Of a stretch of DNA of 64,000 bases, positions 13,810 to 26,335 are shown one piece after another; positions within the stretch are counted from its first letter, which is position 1; every line of letters begins with the position of its first letter. Both the position numbers and the translations under genes were made by a program. The notes under the pieces were generated by a model, which worked only from the letters and a program-made list of their open reading frames with translations, was not told the origin of the DNA and did no database searches. Source of the DNA: Podarcis pityusensis. Its lineage: Eukaryota. The stretch is from assembly GCA_964106645.2 (NCBI GenBank), contig OZ067044.1; one strand, given 5' to 3'.

Positions 13810-13845
13810 GAGTCCGCCATTGCCGATGGCGCCACCCCGGAAGTC
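13810..13845 (-). promoter_or_regulatory. Putative internal promoter of the retroposon (ETS-like and YY1-like motifs)
   Basis: ACTTCCGG at 13844-13837 and AATGGCGG at 13821-13814 on the minus strand, at the exact 5' end of a CpG-rich UTR. Confidence 0.5.
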
Positions 13846-14722
13846 TATTTAAAGCACTCTTATACCACTTTACGAAGTCATGGTTTCCCCCAAAGAATCC
13901 TGGGAACTGTAGTTTGTTAGGGGTGGTCAGAATTGTTGGGAGTCCCCTGATCCCCTCACAGAGCTACAATTCCCATAGTGGTTTAACAATCCATCCTTCT
14001 AATATTTGGTATTATTTTAATGTATCATTAAGAATTAAGAATAGGTGATGCAAGGCCTGAAACTCTTGGTATGATATATCCGGTGCCAGGATGTCTGCAT
14101 TCTAGATGTGTTTCAAGAAAGGAAGCAATCTTTACTTGTTCTCTGGAGTCGTTAGAACAAAGCTGATTGCTCAATGGAACATATGAGGAATCACCTGCTG
14201 TTTCCAAATTAAGTCAGTGACATGGCTCTGTGCCATCTTTCCCTAAGTCCCAGCAATGACAGTTAATGGGTTGAAGCAAACCATCATTAACTCAGTAGTA
14301 AAGAACTCAGAGTACAAATATAATTTGACTTCAGGAAAATGATCCATACTGGATCTTAATCCCCAAAGCCTGAGACTCTCATCCTTATTAAGGCAAAGCT
14401 ACAGCCACATTCTGGTGCAAAGTGCAGGTTGTGCACTTGTTCTGTGGATTGCTGGGCCTGTGTTTCTTACAACTCAGCTTAGAATATCTTTATGGGTATG
14501 ATGTTGCCTTGATTGTCTAGAAGCCAATGATTATGGATTGCAGTGGATTCTCACTTGCCATAGATTTCTTCCAAATATAAATTTGTGGCAAAATAAACAA
14601 CCACCATGCAGTTACCCTAAAGCAAAATTGGGTTCAGGAATGGCAGCTGAAGTTTCCAGAACTTTTATTTCTTGATATCCTGCAATTGAAGAATTATGTA
14701 AATAGGCTGTATAGGTTATTAG

Positions 14723-14781
14723 CAGTGCTTTTTTTTTTTCTGGGGGCACTGGCACCTTTTTTCCCTAGAAGAAAAACACTG
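14723..14781. mobile_element. 59-bp minimal hAT-type MITE
   Basis: TIR CAGTGCTTTTT / GAAAAACACTG. Perfect 8-bp TSD GTTATTAG (14715-14722, 14782-14789). Confidence 0.8.
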
Positions 14782-14863
14782 GTTATTAGTATGGTTCCTG
14801 CATATGCTGTTTTTGTGGAGCCTCCTTGTGCTCCACTCTGTTCTCCCTTTCTTCCCACCTAGG

Positions 14864-15294
14864 CAGGGCTGTCTTTAGCATATGCAGCACTGGGGTGCAG
14901 AAAATTGCCCAGCACCCCTAATTTGGGGGGGGGGGGGGCGGAGGCCAAAGTTGTTGAGTTTTTTTAGGGGGGCACACAACTCTCTCCCATGCCACTGCGG
15001 GAGGAGAGCATTTCTTGCAGAGGCTTGGGAGGGAAGCTGCGTGCCTCGGGTGTGCTGGCCGGGCCTCTTGATGGCTTGCCAATCCCAAGTGTGCAGGAGG
15101 GCGGAGCAGGTCAACTGCCTCAGCGCCCGCAGCAGAAAAGCCTGCGGTGCTACGACGGGCTGTGCTCCGCTTGGCAGCGACTGTTGGCTGACCTGGCTCT
15201 TCAATCCCAAGATTCCAAATCTCAGCCTGGTGCCCCTGAGAGCCCGGCGCCCGGGTGCCCAGCACCCCTAGCACCTATGGGTAAGCCAGCCCTG
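14864..15294. mobile_element. GC-rich hAT-type MITE
   Basis: TIR CAGGGCTGTCTT / AAGCCAGCCCTG. TSD CACCTAGG (14856-14863) / CACCCAGG (15295-15302). CpG-rich interior. Confidence 0.8.
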
Positions 15295-18200
15295 CACCCA
15301 GGGCAACCCTGCCCTCTGCCTGCCCCTCAGACCCGGCCCATCACATGGGGCTTGTCCTTGGCAGGGGCAGTCTCTCCTCCTCTTCTGCTCTCTAGCAGCT
15401 GCAACGAGCTGCCCAAGGGAGGAGGCCACAGCAGTGACCATGGAGAAGCCACGGAGAGACAATAGGATTGTCCCTTGCCTCTGCTGCTCAGGAGAAGTGC
15501 CAGCTCACCCTCCTTTCCAAGCTTGGTGGCAGCAGCACTGGCAGGGGAAATAGGAACATTCCAGGATCAAATCAGAAGCCGGGATGGATTTGCAATTCCC
15601 TGGAAGATCAGGACACTTGGAGGGTATGGATCCTAAGTTAGTGGGTGAAAGGAGGAATTCAGACACGTAGCCCTCCATGAATAGATGGGCTATAACTCCC
15701 CAGTGGTGCCAACTTGAATAAAATATTGTGGGGGTCCAGGTAAGCCCCACCTCACATAATTGATCACATGACACAGTGCGCACACACCATTTGAATGGGA
15801 ATGCACATCAACTGACTGAGGCAGGTGGGGGTTGGAGCATTGAGGGCCACAGGTTTCCCATGTTTGAGTTAAAGGAACCCTATTGCTAGGTTAGGAGTGA
15901 GGAGCATTATTTATAGCCCTAAAGCTCGCTTGTCTGTGATTTGTCTGTAAATAAGCAATAAGTGCAGTACATAATAGATGAATATTAGCTTCAGGAAGGA
16001 GCTTTCTTTCAGTCAGGAGTAGAAATTTGTCGCTTCTGAAATGCTGTTTATAGGGAGGAGAAGAATAGGAATTGACATAATGGGTACCATAATAATCTGG
16101 CTTTTAAGACAACACCATATATTAGTTATTCATTCATTGATTCATAAATGACACATACGTTGGTGAAAAGACATTTCAACAAACAATGAATCATATCCTT
16201 TTATTCCCCCAACTTTTTGCCTTCAGATATAATTAGCTATTCTTTTTGACTTTTCAGAATAGTATAGTTCTGTATCTGCTTATTATTCACCTCCCTTTCT
16301 TGGATGTGTAGATTTCTGTTTAGTTTCTATTTGCTTCTTCATATTTATAGGCAATAAACATTTCACCAATCAGGGAGATATACAGTATCTGTTCTACTGA
16401 GGCATTTGAAGACTGGAGCAGCTGAGAGAACATAAGAAATCAACCCTACTTTCAGCTTCCATTTGTGCATTTTGATGGTGGGGGGCATTATAGGTGGTAT
16501 TGGTCATGGCAGTATGCCAGTTCCTGCTACTTTGACCCCAAGACCTGGCATGAATTGAAAGGTGGGAGTGAGATGAAAGAGCATCCCTCTATCTCACCTG
16601 CTATGCTGGTCGTGCCAGTGAGATGATGAGCAGAACAGATTCTCCCTCCCATTCTCTTTGCTTGGTTCATGTAATTATCTTAGGTGAAAGTTTAGATGTT
16701 CAGATAAATCTTTCCCGGCTTCCTCTCCTGCAGATGCTACTTTGATAAGCATGTTTAGTAACAGCAGCTACAGGACAGGAGGGGTGTGTGTGGTGCTGGG
16801 TATCGTGCCTAATATTTGAATGTTGTCTTACCTTGAACTCCACTAGAACAAACTGTGACTGCACAGCATATGTCTATGAATCCTTGGGATGCATTCTGGA
16901 CTGTACTTCCTATTTACATAGGAAATCTCTAGGCTGTTACTAGCTTAGTGAATAATAGGATTTAAGACTGCAATCTGGTGTGCACTTGTGAATCCCCACT
17001 GGCACCAGGTCTGCCTTTTGCTACTTGGTCCATTTCTGCCTTCCAGAAGGGCAGCAAGGGAGACTCAAGAGAAGGAATGATGCTCAGGGTGAAGAGTAGC
17101 TAGACCTCTTCCTGCTCCCCCACACCTCTGATAGGTTCTAACAGTGCCTGTCCATCACTTTAGTGGGTTGTTGACCAAAAAATGAGCCCAAAAGCATGAC
17201 TAAAATACCAGCTTTTGATCCTAGGAATGTAAAATAAAATTTGGTGCCAGGATGTGGCTTGGCTCAAGGGATTTTTCTGCTGAAGGCAAAGGATAGGAAA
17301 ATAATGTTCCATCTCCAACCCATGTCCATTATGTCCATCCCTATTTACCAAGAAGTATATCAGTCCATGCACAGTCTAGAACTGCCTTCTGCCAGCAGCA
17401 CACAGCAAATCAACTGTCGTGATGCAGTATACCCTCCTTAACAGATAGCTGGAATAAATCAATGAATTTCTATTAACTGGAAATTGCAGGTTGAAGCTTG
17501 CAAGGTTATAATGCACACAATCCCATACCGTAATTCAATGCCTGTGTGTGCTAACATAGATCCACAGTACATTCATGTTTTTCAAAAGACTATTGCAAAT
17601 AGCAGTAGCGTGTCAGCAGCAACTGTGTATTGACAAAAGACATGAGTAAATACCAGAACTGATTCTATCTGAAGTTTCAAGTATTGCAGCACAAGCTTGC
17701 AGTGTGGTATCTAAACCAGGGTCCTTTGCTGGGCAGAGCTGGTGGGTCCAGAAATTCCTAAAACCTCCCTCTGTCTTTACCAATATTATGCTGTTGCTAG
17801 AAGACTTTCTGACAGTCCCTGAAGCTGATCTTCTTACCATCTGGCTCAAACATGGCTGAGGAGTCTTTTGGGATGAGAGAGAACCCTGACTTCATCCTGA
17901 AAATTCTCTTTGCATCATTGATCCTCTGTTACATAGAGCTTGTCCACCTGATATGCTGACCCTTTTGAGCCATGCTGGAGTCTTCTGTCTACTTACTTAT
18001 TCTGACACTATTAAAATTTGAAACAATAGTTTCTACTACACAAGTAGATGAAAACTATTTCCCGTGTTTATAATCATGTGGGGAATGCATTGGAGCATTC
18101 TCTCCTAGGAAATATGGTTCTGGGCACCTGCTGTTAATTCAACTGCTCCCAAATTCCTCTTCCCAAACAAACACACCCTGGAACAAGAAAGAGCACTGTA

Positions 18201-19276
18201 GAACTGAATGGGAAGAACAAATTTGCATTTCTTTCTTTTTTTGCAAGAAACAAATTGGAAAATTAGTCTAAATGAGTATGATTCTTATCACCAAAATTTA
18301 AGAAACAACTCTGGTTGGTTGGTTAGTGTTGGTGCATGATTTCAAGCAATCAAGAATGTTAGCTAAAATAAGGTCTTATTATTTTTTTAAAAGTTGTCCA
18401 CAAAGCTTTAGGTGCTTTGTCTCTGAATACTAGCCAATGAAATGTTCAAAATCTTGTTTCAGTTTCAAGCTAGAGAGGAATGCTTGGGGGAAAGTGTTTC
18501 CTGATTGCTACAGTCAAGCATTAAGTGCTGGACAAAGTATTTACAAACTTCAGTGACATCACAAATTTAGATGGTAGAAGCAATTAGTAGAACTCATCCC
18601 AAACTGTGTCTTCAGAGATCTCTCAACCAAAAATACAGGTGTACATGACAACATACACAATTAAATCAATCACACTTTTCAGAATCTTTAGAGAGTAGCA
18701 GTAATCCACAATTATAGAAGGCCTTATTCATAGCAATAGAAACAGACTACTTTTCCTCTGGAGAGTTAATCTGACAGCTGGAGCTTTGGATTTTTATTGC
18801 ACAACACACTGTGATGTATTCATCATTCTTAGTTCTGCCTGGTGAGTTCCCGATCCCCAAGTGGTGAAGTGGAAGAACGAATAAGCTTGTAGCCCACCTC
18901 TGCACTCTCTTTAAACAGACCAAATTTCCCATGCCATGTCCTGAATTATTAAAATACTGACTTTGGTGTCGGTATTAAAGTGTTGCAAGTGGTGGTATGT
19001 GTGCTGCAAAGCTAGAGCTGCAAAATGCCTTCACTCTGCAAACACTTTAGAAAACTTGATTGATTTCATTTGGGAGTTTCATCTAACTCTTTCAGCCTTT
19101 TTAGGAAAGTTACTACATTTTCACAGACTGATCTTGTACATTCTCTCCTGATGTTGTACCACAAAAAGCAGCCCAGTGCCAGCATAGTGACTCTTCTCTA
19201 AGCACTGGCACCATCAGCAGAGCAATCATCACACTTTGGTGTTGTGGAAAAACAGGACGGCATCCAGAGACTAGAT

Positions 19277-19399
19277 TAAGGTTACCAGACGTCCCACTTT
19301 CCCGGGGACAGTCCCTGGATTTACACATCAGTCCCCATACAAGATCCATTGAAGTTGAAAAGTGTCTCCAGATTCATTGAAAAAAATCTGGTAACCTTA
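19277..19399. mobile_element. hAT MITE with Blackjack-like TIR
   Basis: Perfect 13-bp TIR TAAGGTTACCAGA. Perfect 8-bp TSD GACTAGAT (19269-19276, 19400-19407). Confidence 0.9.
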
Positions 19400-20726
19400 G
19401 ACTAGATGAACAGAAGAATGAGAAGATGACATAGTATGAGTGGAGGTGAAGTCAGGGATGATGGGCATTGTAGTCCAACAAGATCTGGAGGTACCACAGT
19501 GACTGCCCCTGGCCTAAGGGATGGTCTGCACCAAAGCATAACAAATGTGATGTGATGCTCTATGTAGCCTAATCAGTGTACAACAATATGGCTCTCAGCA
19601 TGACAGTGAATCTGAGGCTTTGTGCAGCTTTTGCATGGCACAATCCTGTGCTGAGTTGGTTCTTTGCTCAGGTATATGCTTCAGATTCAGCTGTGTGTGT
19701 ATCCAGATTTTCCCCCAGAAGACGTTTTCATACTCTGTTTTTTGCTAAGGCGTATTGGCTATGTACATTGAGGCTTATATCGGAGGGATCGGGATTGTGA
19801 CAGACCAAGCTCACTGTTCTCACTGAGCTATTCAACCTGTGTCTCTTGAATGATCTATTTCACACCACAGGTTGGACTTGGCTGCAGGGCAAGCCCTATA
19901 ATTAGGAAGAGCGAAGATGGCAGATGCTGAGGGATGAGGAGCAGTGGGAAGGTGTGAGAGGGCATTGTTGTGTGTGTGGCCTGCCCTAAGCTAGCCTGCC
20001 ATTCTCAGGCATAGTAGAGGATGGTGCTATGTTTATAGTGTTGAAATAAGAATCAGCTACCAAGCTGTTTGTTTTTCTACATGGAATGGGGAGGAGACCC
20101 ATCTTATTCTTTGCCTCAGAAAGAAAAAATGTATTGGGCTGGTCCTGCATGACTGATTGCTGCTCCATATATAACAATCCCTGTACATAAACCTGGATGA
20201 GAGGGTGATGTTCTCTAGTCCAGCTTTCTTCCAAGTTTGCTATGTAGAAGGAGTTGTTTGTATAGATAAACATTCAATTATGGAAGCCTAGAGCTACAGA
20301 TTGAAGTGGAACACCCAGGTACAGATTTTACTATCTCAGTGAGAAGTGGGCTCAAATGAGGTGGTGTCTAGATCCCTTAAAGTGAGTTCCCCAATACAGT
20401 AACTAATTCACAAAGCTGTTAAATTATTCCTGCGTTTTATTGCTTAAAGATTCACTGAATTACAACTTTGGATCTTACAGAAGGTTGATTTTTATGGGGG
20501 TAATGCTACTCTGAAATTACTTTGGGATAGCAGATGCAATTAACATGCTGAATTTCCTAAAACTGGATAATTATAAGGAAGCAATTTTGCCCTTGGTTGG
20601 AATAACCAGTGATTTTGATGTTCAGGACAGAAAAGCAAACACTCATGCTTCAACACTGGGCTGTTTTCCTATGACTTCCCTTTGTGCTAGACAACACCAA
20701 ATAAGAAGATTTCTGCCTTAAAACTA

Positions 20727-22583
20727 CCCCAGTTTTGGCCACGCTATTTACTCACATAAACATGACTGGAGACATCCCCTTGGGGTGGCTCACCAGCATA
20801 GTTGTGCCAATCCCCCCAAAAGGAGACCTACCAGATCTCCATAACTATAGACCCATTAGTCTCCTAGATGTGGCTTCCAAATTATACTCACGATATCTAC
20901 AAAATAAAATTCTGGAATGGGACAGCAAACAAGCCATCATCCACAAAGGACAAGCAGATTTAAGAAGGGTAGGTGCACCACAGACCAAGTATTTGTTTTG
21001 TACCACTTAATCTGTAAATTCACCAGAAGCCCAGATAAGACTCTCTATGCTACATTTGTTGACTTCTCCTCAGCCTTTGATTTAATAGACAGGGAACAAC
21101 TGAACAGCTATAGAACAAACTGGTCCCTTCAAATATCAATAAAAGACTTCTCTGGCTCATCCAACAACTGCATCGAGGAACCTTCAAGGGCCTTCAAGGC
21201 ACCCTCTCACAGGCAATTCCAATTAACAGAGGTGTCAAGCAAGGATGTATACTGGCATCCTTCCTATTTAATTACGATATAAATGATCTCATTCCTGATA
21301 TGGCATCCCCATTATTTTTTGCCCCCACCCTCGGGAATTGTAAAGTGCCAATTCTTCTCTAGGCTGATGACTTAGTTTTGTTACCCCAGAATAAAATCGG
21401 ACTTAGAAGGATGCTGGTTAAATTTGGACAGCTGTGTAAAAAAGAGCATCTACATATCAACTATGATAAAACCAAGGTATTTGACAAGAGGACCACCAAG
21501 TCCAGGTAGACTCTAGGCGGTCACACCCTTGAACAAGTACCCAGATTTAAATATCTAGGATTACTTATTGATGGGAAGTCATCATGGAAACCCCATCCGG
21601 AAGCAATTAAGCTAATATCAACCCAGCTATTAAGATCTTTGTCTCTAAAATCATGGCCCAAATGCTCTAGGGGCTGAGATTTGGGGAACTGGTGTCAAAT
21701 CTGAAATAGTTGTCCGACAAAACAAAATTCTGAGGCAGATTTTGGGCTTTCCCTGCAGGACACCAGCAGCCCACCTCAGAGTCGAGTTGGGCCTTCCCTC
21801 GCTAGCAGCCAGAATTGATCTAGCCCATCTGAAATACTGGCACAGGCTAAATGTCTTTGAGGATCATACTCTTACTAAGCTCTGCTGGTTAGAGCAACTA
21901 AGGACAGGTGGCTGGGCACAAAAGTGCCAAGATAAGTTTAGGGCTTATAATCTCCAAATGGAGAACTACTTTATCCCCACGTGACCTTAGAAATTGGATT
22001 TCTGATCAGGATGCCAACCAAGACAGCGCATCCATCATTGCTGCCCGCTACTCTACTTGGTACCCCAAATTAAGACCAATCACTCAAGGCCCTGTTTCCT
22101 TTAGACCCTGACCTTCCCACAACTATGCAGGGCCTTTGTAGAACTAAGATTTCATCAGATGCCCTCAGCATATTTAGAGGAATTCCTCATACAGATCGCA
22201 AATGTATACACAGATGCAATCAGGTAGAGAACATCACACAGTACCTGCTGACATGTCCCCTGTATAAAATGCCCAGACGGAAATTTATATTGCCATTTCT
22301 TGATTGGCTTCCAGGTCAATCCACACAGGAAGTAACAGTTGGAACTCCTAGCAGATAAACATCTATATATTGCACACCAGGTAGCCAAATTTACACTGGC
22401 AGCCAAGAAGCTCCATTCCAACTATGTGAATGCACTCCAATCTTAAGTCTTAATGTTATAAATTACGTTTTAAGTTGTAAACTGCTACAGGTTACGTGTA
22501 TGATATTAGTTGAAAGTTTCATTTTATTCTCTCTGGTCCATTGTAAAGGCCTTTGGCTATATACAAGAAAAATTGATTGAAAT
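20727..22583 (+). mobile_element. 5'-truncated, degraded non-LTR retrotransposon (RTE-X-like RT and C-terminus)
   Basis: Frameshifted RT motifs NYRPISLL, FVDFSSAFD, RGVKQGC, ADDL, FKYLG. C-terminal LRVELGLPSL and C-x3-C...LLTCPLY. ATTG-like tail. Exact 13-bp TSD TGCCTTAAAACTA (20714-20726, 22584-22596). Clade assignment is by eye. Confidence 0.85.
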
Positions 22584-23211
22584 TGCCTTAAAACTAAATG
22601 AGGCCCACCCTCCTTGAATGCCAATAGAGTCCTTGTGATGACAGCACTGAAGCTCCTCTCTATGCTGATGCTGCCATAGCAAAAAGTACACATCTTGCAT
22701 GCACATTAAAGTGCTTTTTCAGTGACGGCTTCTGCCAGAGGAATGACAAAGATGTGTTTATAAATATACTAAATTGATATTTAGAAGTCACAGTAGCATG
22801 CCCAGTTCTGTTTCTTCATGACACTTGTCTAAGGCCTATCTCATTCTCTCTTTCATGGCCATTTGTCATATGATGAAGACCTTCCTTTTAAGGAAGACTC
22901 TTGCATATGCATCTTGGTTTCAAGCTGACTATTAATTATTGAAGAGCTGTTATGTAGTGATTTTCTGCTGTTTGTGGAATATACTGTTACTGGATATAGT
23001 TTATATTTATGCTGCTTTAATTTGATCTTTTATTGTCACCTTGAAACATTAAGTCTTGCTATTTCTAAACATTGCTGCCACAAGAATAGAGATTGTGGAA
23101 AAAAGGGGGGAAAGAAAAAAAGAAAAAGTACCGGTAATTCATCCTCAGTGGGAAAACTGACACATAGCTGTGTGATTTGGGGGGCTTCCAGGGGTCAGCC
23201 ACGTTTTGGGA

Positions 23212-23395
23212 GCTAGTGTGATATAACGATTAGAGTGCTGGACTTGACCCAGGAGGCCACGGCTCGAATCTCAGCTCAGCTTAATGAATGGGTGACCTTG
23301 GGCCAGTCACAATACCTGAGACTAACCTCACTCACTGTTGTGAAGATAAAATGGAGTGGAGGAGGAGAATTATGTGCACTGCCTTGAGTTCCGGG
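23212..23395 (+). mobile_element. Old tRNA-derived CORE/MIR-like SINE
   Basis: Degenerate A box, B-box-like GGCTCGAATC, and core motifs GTGACCTTGGGCCAGTCAC and TTGTGAAGATAAAATGG. Confidence 0.65.
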
Positions 23396-25019
23396 GGGGG
23401 GGGGGAGAATCTTGAGAAAGTGGTGTGCACACCAGTCATCTAAAATAGCAGAAAAAGAGAGCACACCACAAAATCATGTGGTCATGTCCCCTCTCCCCCA
23501 TCAGTCACCCCCTCCAATGGCAAAAGAGCATGTCAGCATGTTTAAGGGGATGAATTCAATGTAGGAAAGGCCAAGCCAGGGCAAACAGGACCTGAGTAGA
23601 AAGAGCAAGCAATATCTCCTGTGCTGTGCATTTTTAGGGGATATTTACTGAGACCTTTTGCATACAGGCACCCATGGACAGCACATTGGCAACTTCTGGA
23701 TTAGAGGGATAGCAGTGTATGACATATTTTTAGATATATGGTTTCCCTTCATGTCATATATAAATGGAATCAACTCCACCCCACTAGACCAGCATATTTA
23801 CTTAATGGAAGAAACTGCATGTGAAGAATCAATTGAACGAATAACTAGTATAAGAAACATTCTGAGAATGAGAGTGGATTGCGGGTCTTATAATTAATAC
23901 AATTAATACTTAAGTTTGTATTTTCATTGTCATCATAGTATTGGTTGCTTATTTGTGCTTCTACAAGATGCAACACAGTGGACAGTGTAACTGAAAAGCG
24001 GAAAATTCAGAACTGACCCTGGTCACTGCTTCAATTATTATTTTTCTTCTTTTCTTAAAAACAAAACAAAGCATTTTATCATGAGGGGCAACCAACTGGG
24101 TATTTACATGGTTACAGATGCTCAGTTATTATTTTTGCATACACACCCACTCCTTTGCTACCAGAAAATGGTGCTCATTCCCAAGCAAATGTGTTTACCA
24201 TCAGGGCAACTGAAGTAAACTCCTTTTATCTCTGTTGTAATTATGATGGTATGATTTGAATTCATTTAAAAATCCAAAAACTGCACATGCTCAGACTACT
24301 TCTTTTTTAAAAAAAAAATTGGGGTGAGCAAACTGTTTTTGTTCATTTTGTTTTGCTTTAACATAGCAGGAATATAGAAGCAGTGATAAAGCACAGATGG
24401 TGGGGAAGGGAAGAAAAGAAATGTCAGTTGTGTACTTCACAACTGAAGTAATGCACAATGCCTGTCTAAAGGGACGACTGTAAGACTACCAAGTCCGGAC
24501 CTAAAATGAACTAGCTGTGTCACTTCTTCCTGTTACATCCTAGCTTCTCTGAAAGAATAACAGTCTACCCTGGGGGGCATGTGCTGCTTCTGTCTGTTTA
24601 CTACTTCATCAGAAGTTTACTTCAGCACTTTAGCAGGAAAATAATTATTGGTAAATGCTAGACACACTGAAATGAACAGAAGTAGTCTATTCCCTGCTAC
24701 AGCGTGGGCAGGAGAAAAAAGAAATATCTCAGAGCTAACTAGCAGTAGTTTAATAAAGACTGACATTTGACAACCATAATAACCCCAGCTCAGCAATTTA
24801 TCAGGTGATCTATTTAAGATGCCTGACATCTTAGATTTCTAATTCTCTAGAGTTTGCTTCTGCCTTTTGGCCTTAGTAACTGGTCGTTTTCCAATAAGAT
24901 TTATACAATGCCCACCTTTTGTTTCTTCCTTTATCCCTGTAGATGATTTACTCAGTATTGAATCAACGCCAAACTTTTGGGCTTTATTTTATTTTTCACT
25001 ATGCTCCTCAGCTACTATC

Positions 25020-25421
25020 CAGGGGCAGAGGAAGGGGGTGGGGGCGGCCCACCCCGGGTGTCACTACTGAGGGGGGTGACAAAATGACAGGCAGCACTCA
25101 CTGTGGGACCCGCAGTGCGCCTGAGCCATGTGTCTCTCCTAGGAGTGACGCAGTGGCTTGGGTGCCCACAGGCTCTGCGCTACCCCAAATAGTCCACCCA
25201 CTGCCTCCCCCTCAGCTGTAGGGCAGCTGAGTGGAAGGAGGCAGGCAGACTCCTCGGAGGCCCCGTGGAGCATCCTGCCCCAGCTTGCCCCACCCCACAT
25301 CCTGCCTTGGCTAGCCCCACCCTATGGGTGGCTGGCCCTGCCCCCACAGGCAGCTGGTCCCGCCCCTGGGCTCAGGGCATGCGCACTGCCCCAGGGGCCC
25401 GATCAGCTTGCTCCGCCACTG
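25020..25421. mobile_element. GC-rich hAT-type MITE
   Basis: TIR CAGGGGCAGAG / CTCCGCCACTG (9/11). Perfect 8-bp TSD CTACTATC (25012-25019, 25422-25429). Confidence 0.88.
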
Positions 25422-25952
25422 CTACTATCACCAATATTTGTCTTTCTGTCTCAATCAATAGCCTTGATCCTACTGCAGCTTAGGGCAGTGTATGTTAAAA
25501 GTGGTTTGGTTCTTGCTGTTTACTTTCTCTCAAGATGTGAATCTGAAGGGTCTATGAGACACATCAATACCCAAGGCCTACATGACATAGGCACACTCCT
25601 GAGCCATTCACATAAGGAGGGAGGAAAATGAGGTCACACCATAATGCAAATATCCATGTACATTGTCATTAACAAAGTGCAGTATTTTGTGGAGGAAATA
25701 TTAAACATGGTCCTAAGAATTCTAGAAATGAGCCTCTTCCCAGCCATGAACTTGGTGGGTGCCTGTGGATATGCCATTCACTCTAAACTGCAGAACTACT
25801 TGAATAAAATAGAAATAACAACTAAGGAGGACACAGTCAGAAAGACTTAGACAAAACAAGTTGCTTCTTTATTCCTCTACCCTTTCTTACCACTCTTGTC
25901 TCCTTTCCCCCTCTGTTCCTCTCTGCTTCTGTCTACTAGGGTCCTGTATGAA

Positions 25953-26335
25953 CAGGGGCATAGCATAGGGGGCTGTAGCCCCGGGCACATTTTTTGAGGG
26001 GGCACAACCAGTTGCCCCACAACAGGCTCCCACTGCTCCACTCCTGGGTCATGGTTGGCTCAGGGACGGAAGCAGCAGAGAGGAGGAGAGGCAGCGGCTG
26101 CTTTGCCGCCCCTCTCCTTTACTGGGCTCTGGCAGGTGAGTGCGCCCCCCACCCAGCTTGACTGGAAGGGCGTGTGCCTCCCCTGCTGCGTCCTCCTCAT
26201 TTTGCCCTTCTAGCCCACACAGGAAAAGCAAGATGAGGAGGACACAAGAGGCAGGCATGCTTCTAATCAGCCCGCTCGGGCTGAGAAGGGAGTGCCTCCT
26301 CTGCTGCGTCCTCACACATCCAGGCGCGCCCATGA
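25953..26335. mobile_element. Probable truncated hAT-type MITE
   Basis: Starts CAGGGGCATAGC, like the other hAT left ends, and has a GC-rich body. No right TIR or TSD found; right boundary approximate. Confidence 0.4.

Larger units (their letters stand above)
11699..13845 (-). mobile_element. Full-length non-autonomous L1-like retroposon (no EN/RT; one 206-aa ORF)
   Basis: Exact 16-bp TSD TATTTAAAGCACTCTT (11683-11698, 13846-13861). Short A tail with AATAAA at 11721-11716 (minus). CpG-rich 5' end GACTTCCGGGGTGGCGCCATCGGCAATGGCGG. Target AT/AAGA resembles the L1 endonuclease site. It interrupts an older repeat whose halves rejoin across the TSD. Confidence 0.85.

Noticed and set aside
14875-15465. 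Overlapping 111-158 aa ORFs
   Set aside because: GC-rich MITE sequence has few stops. ORFs occur on both strands and show no domain.
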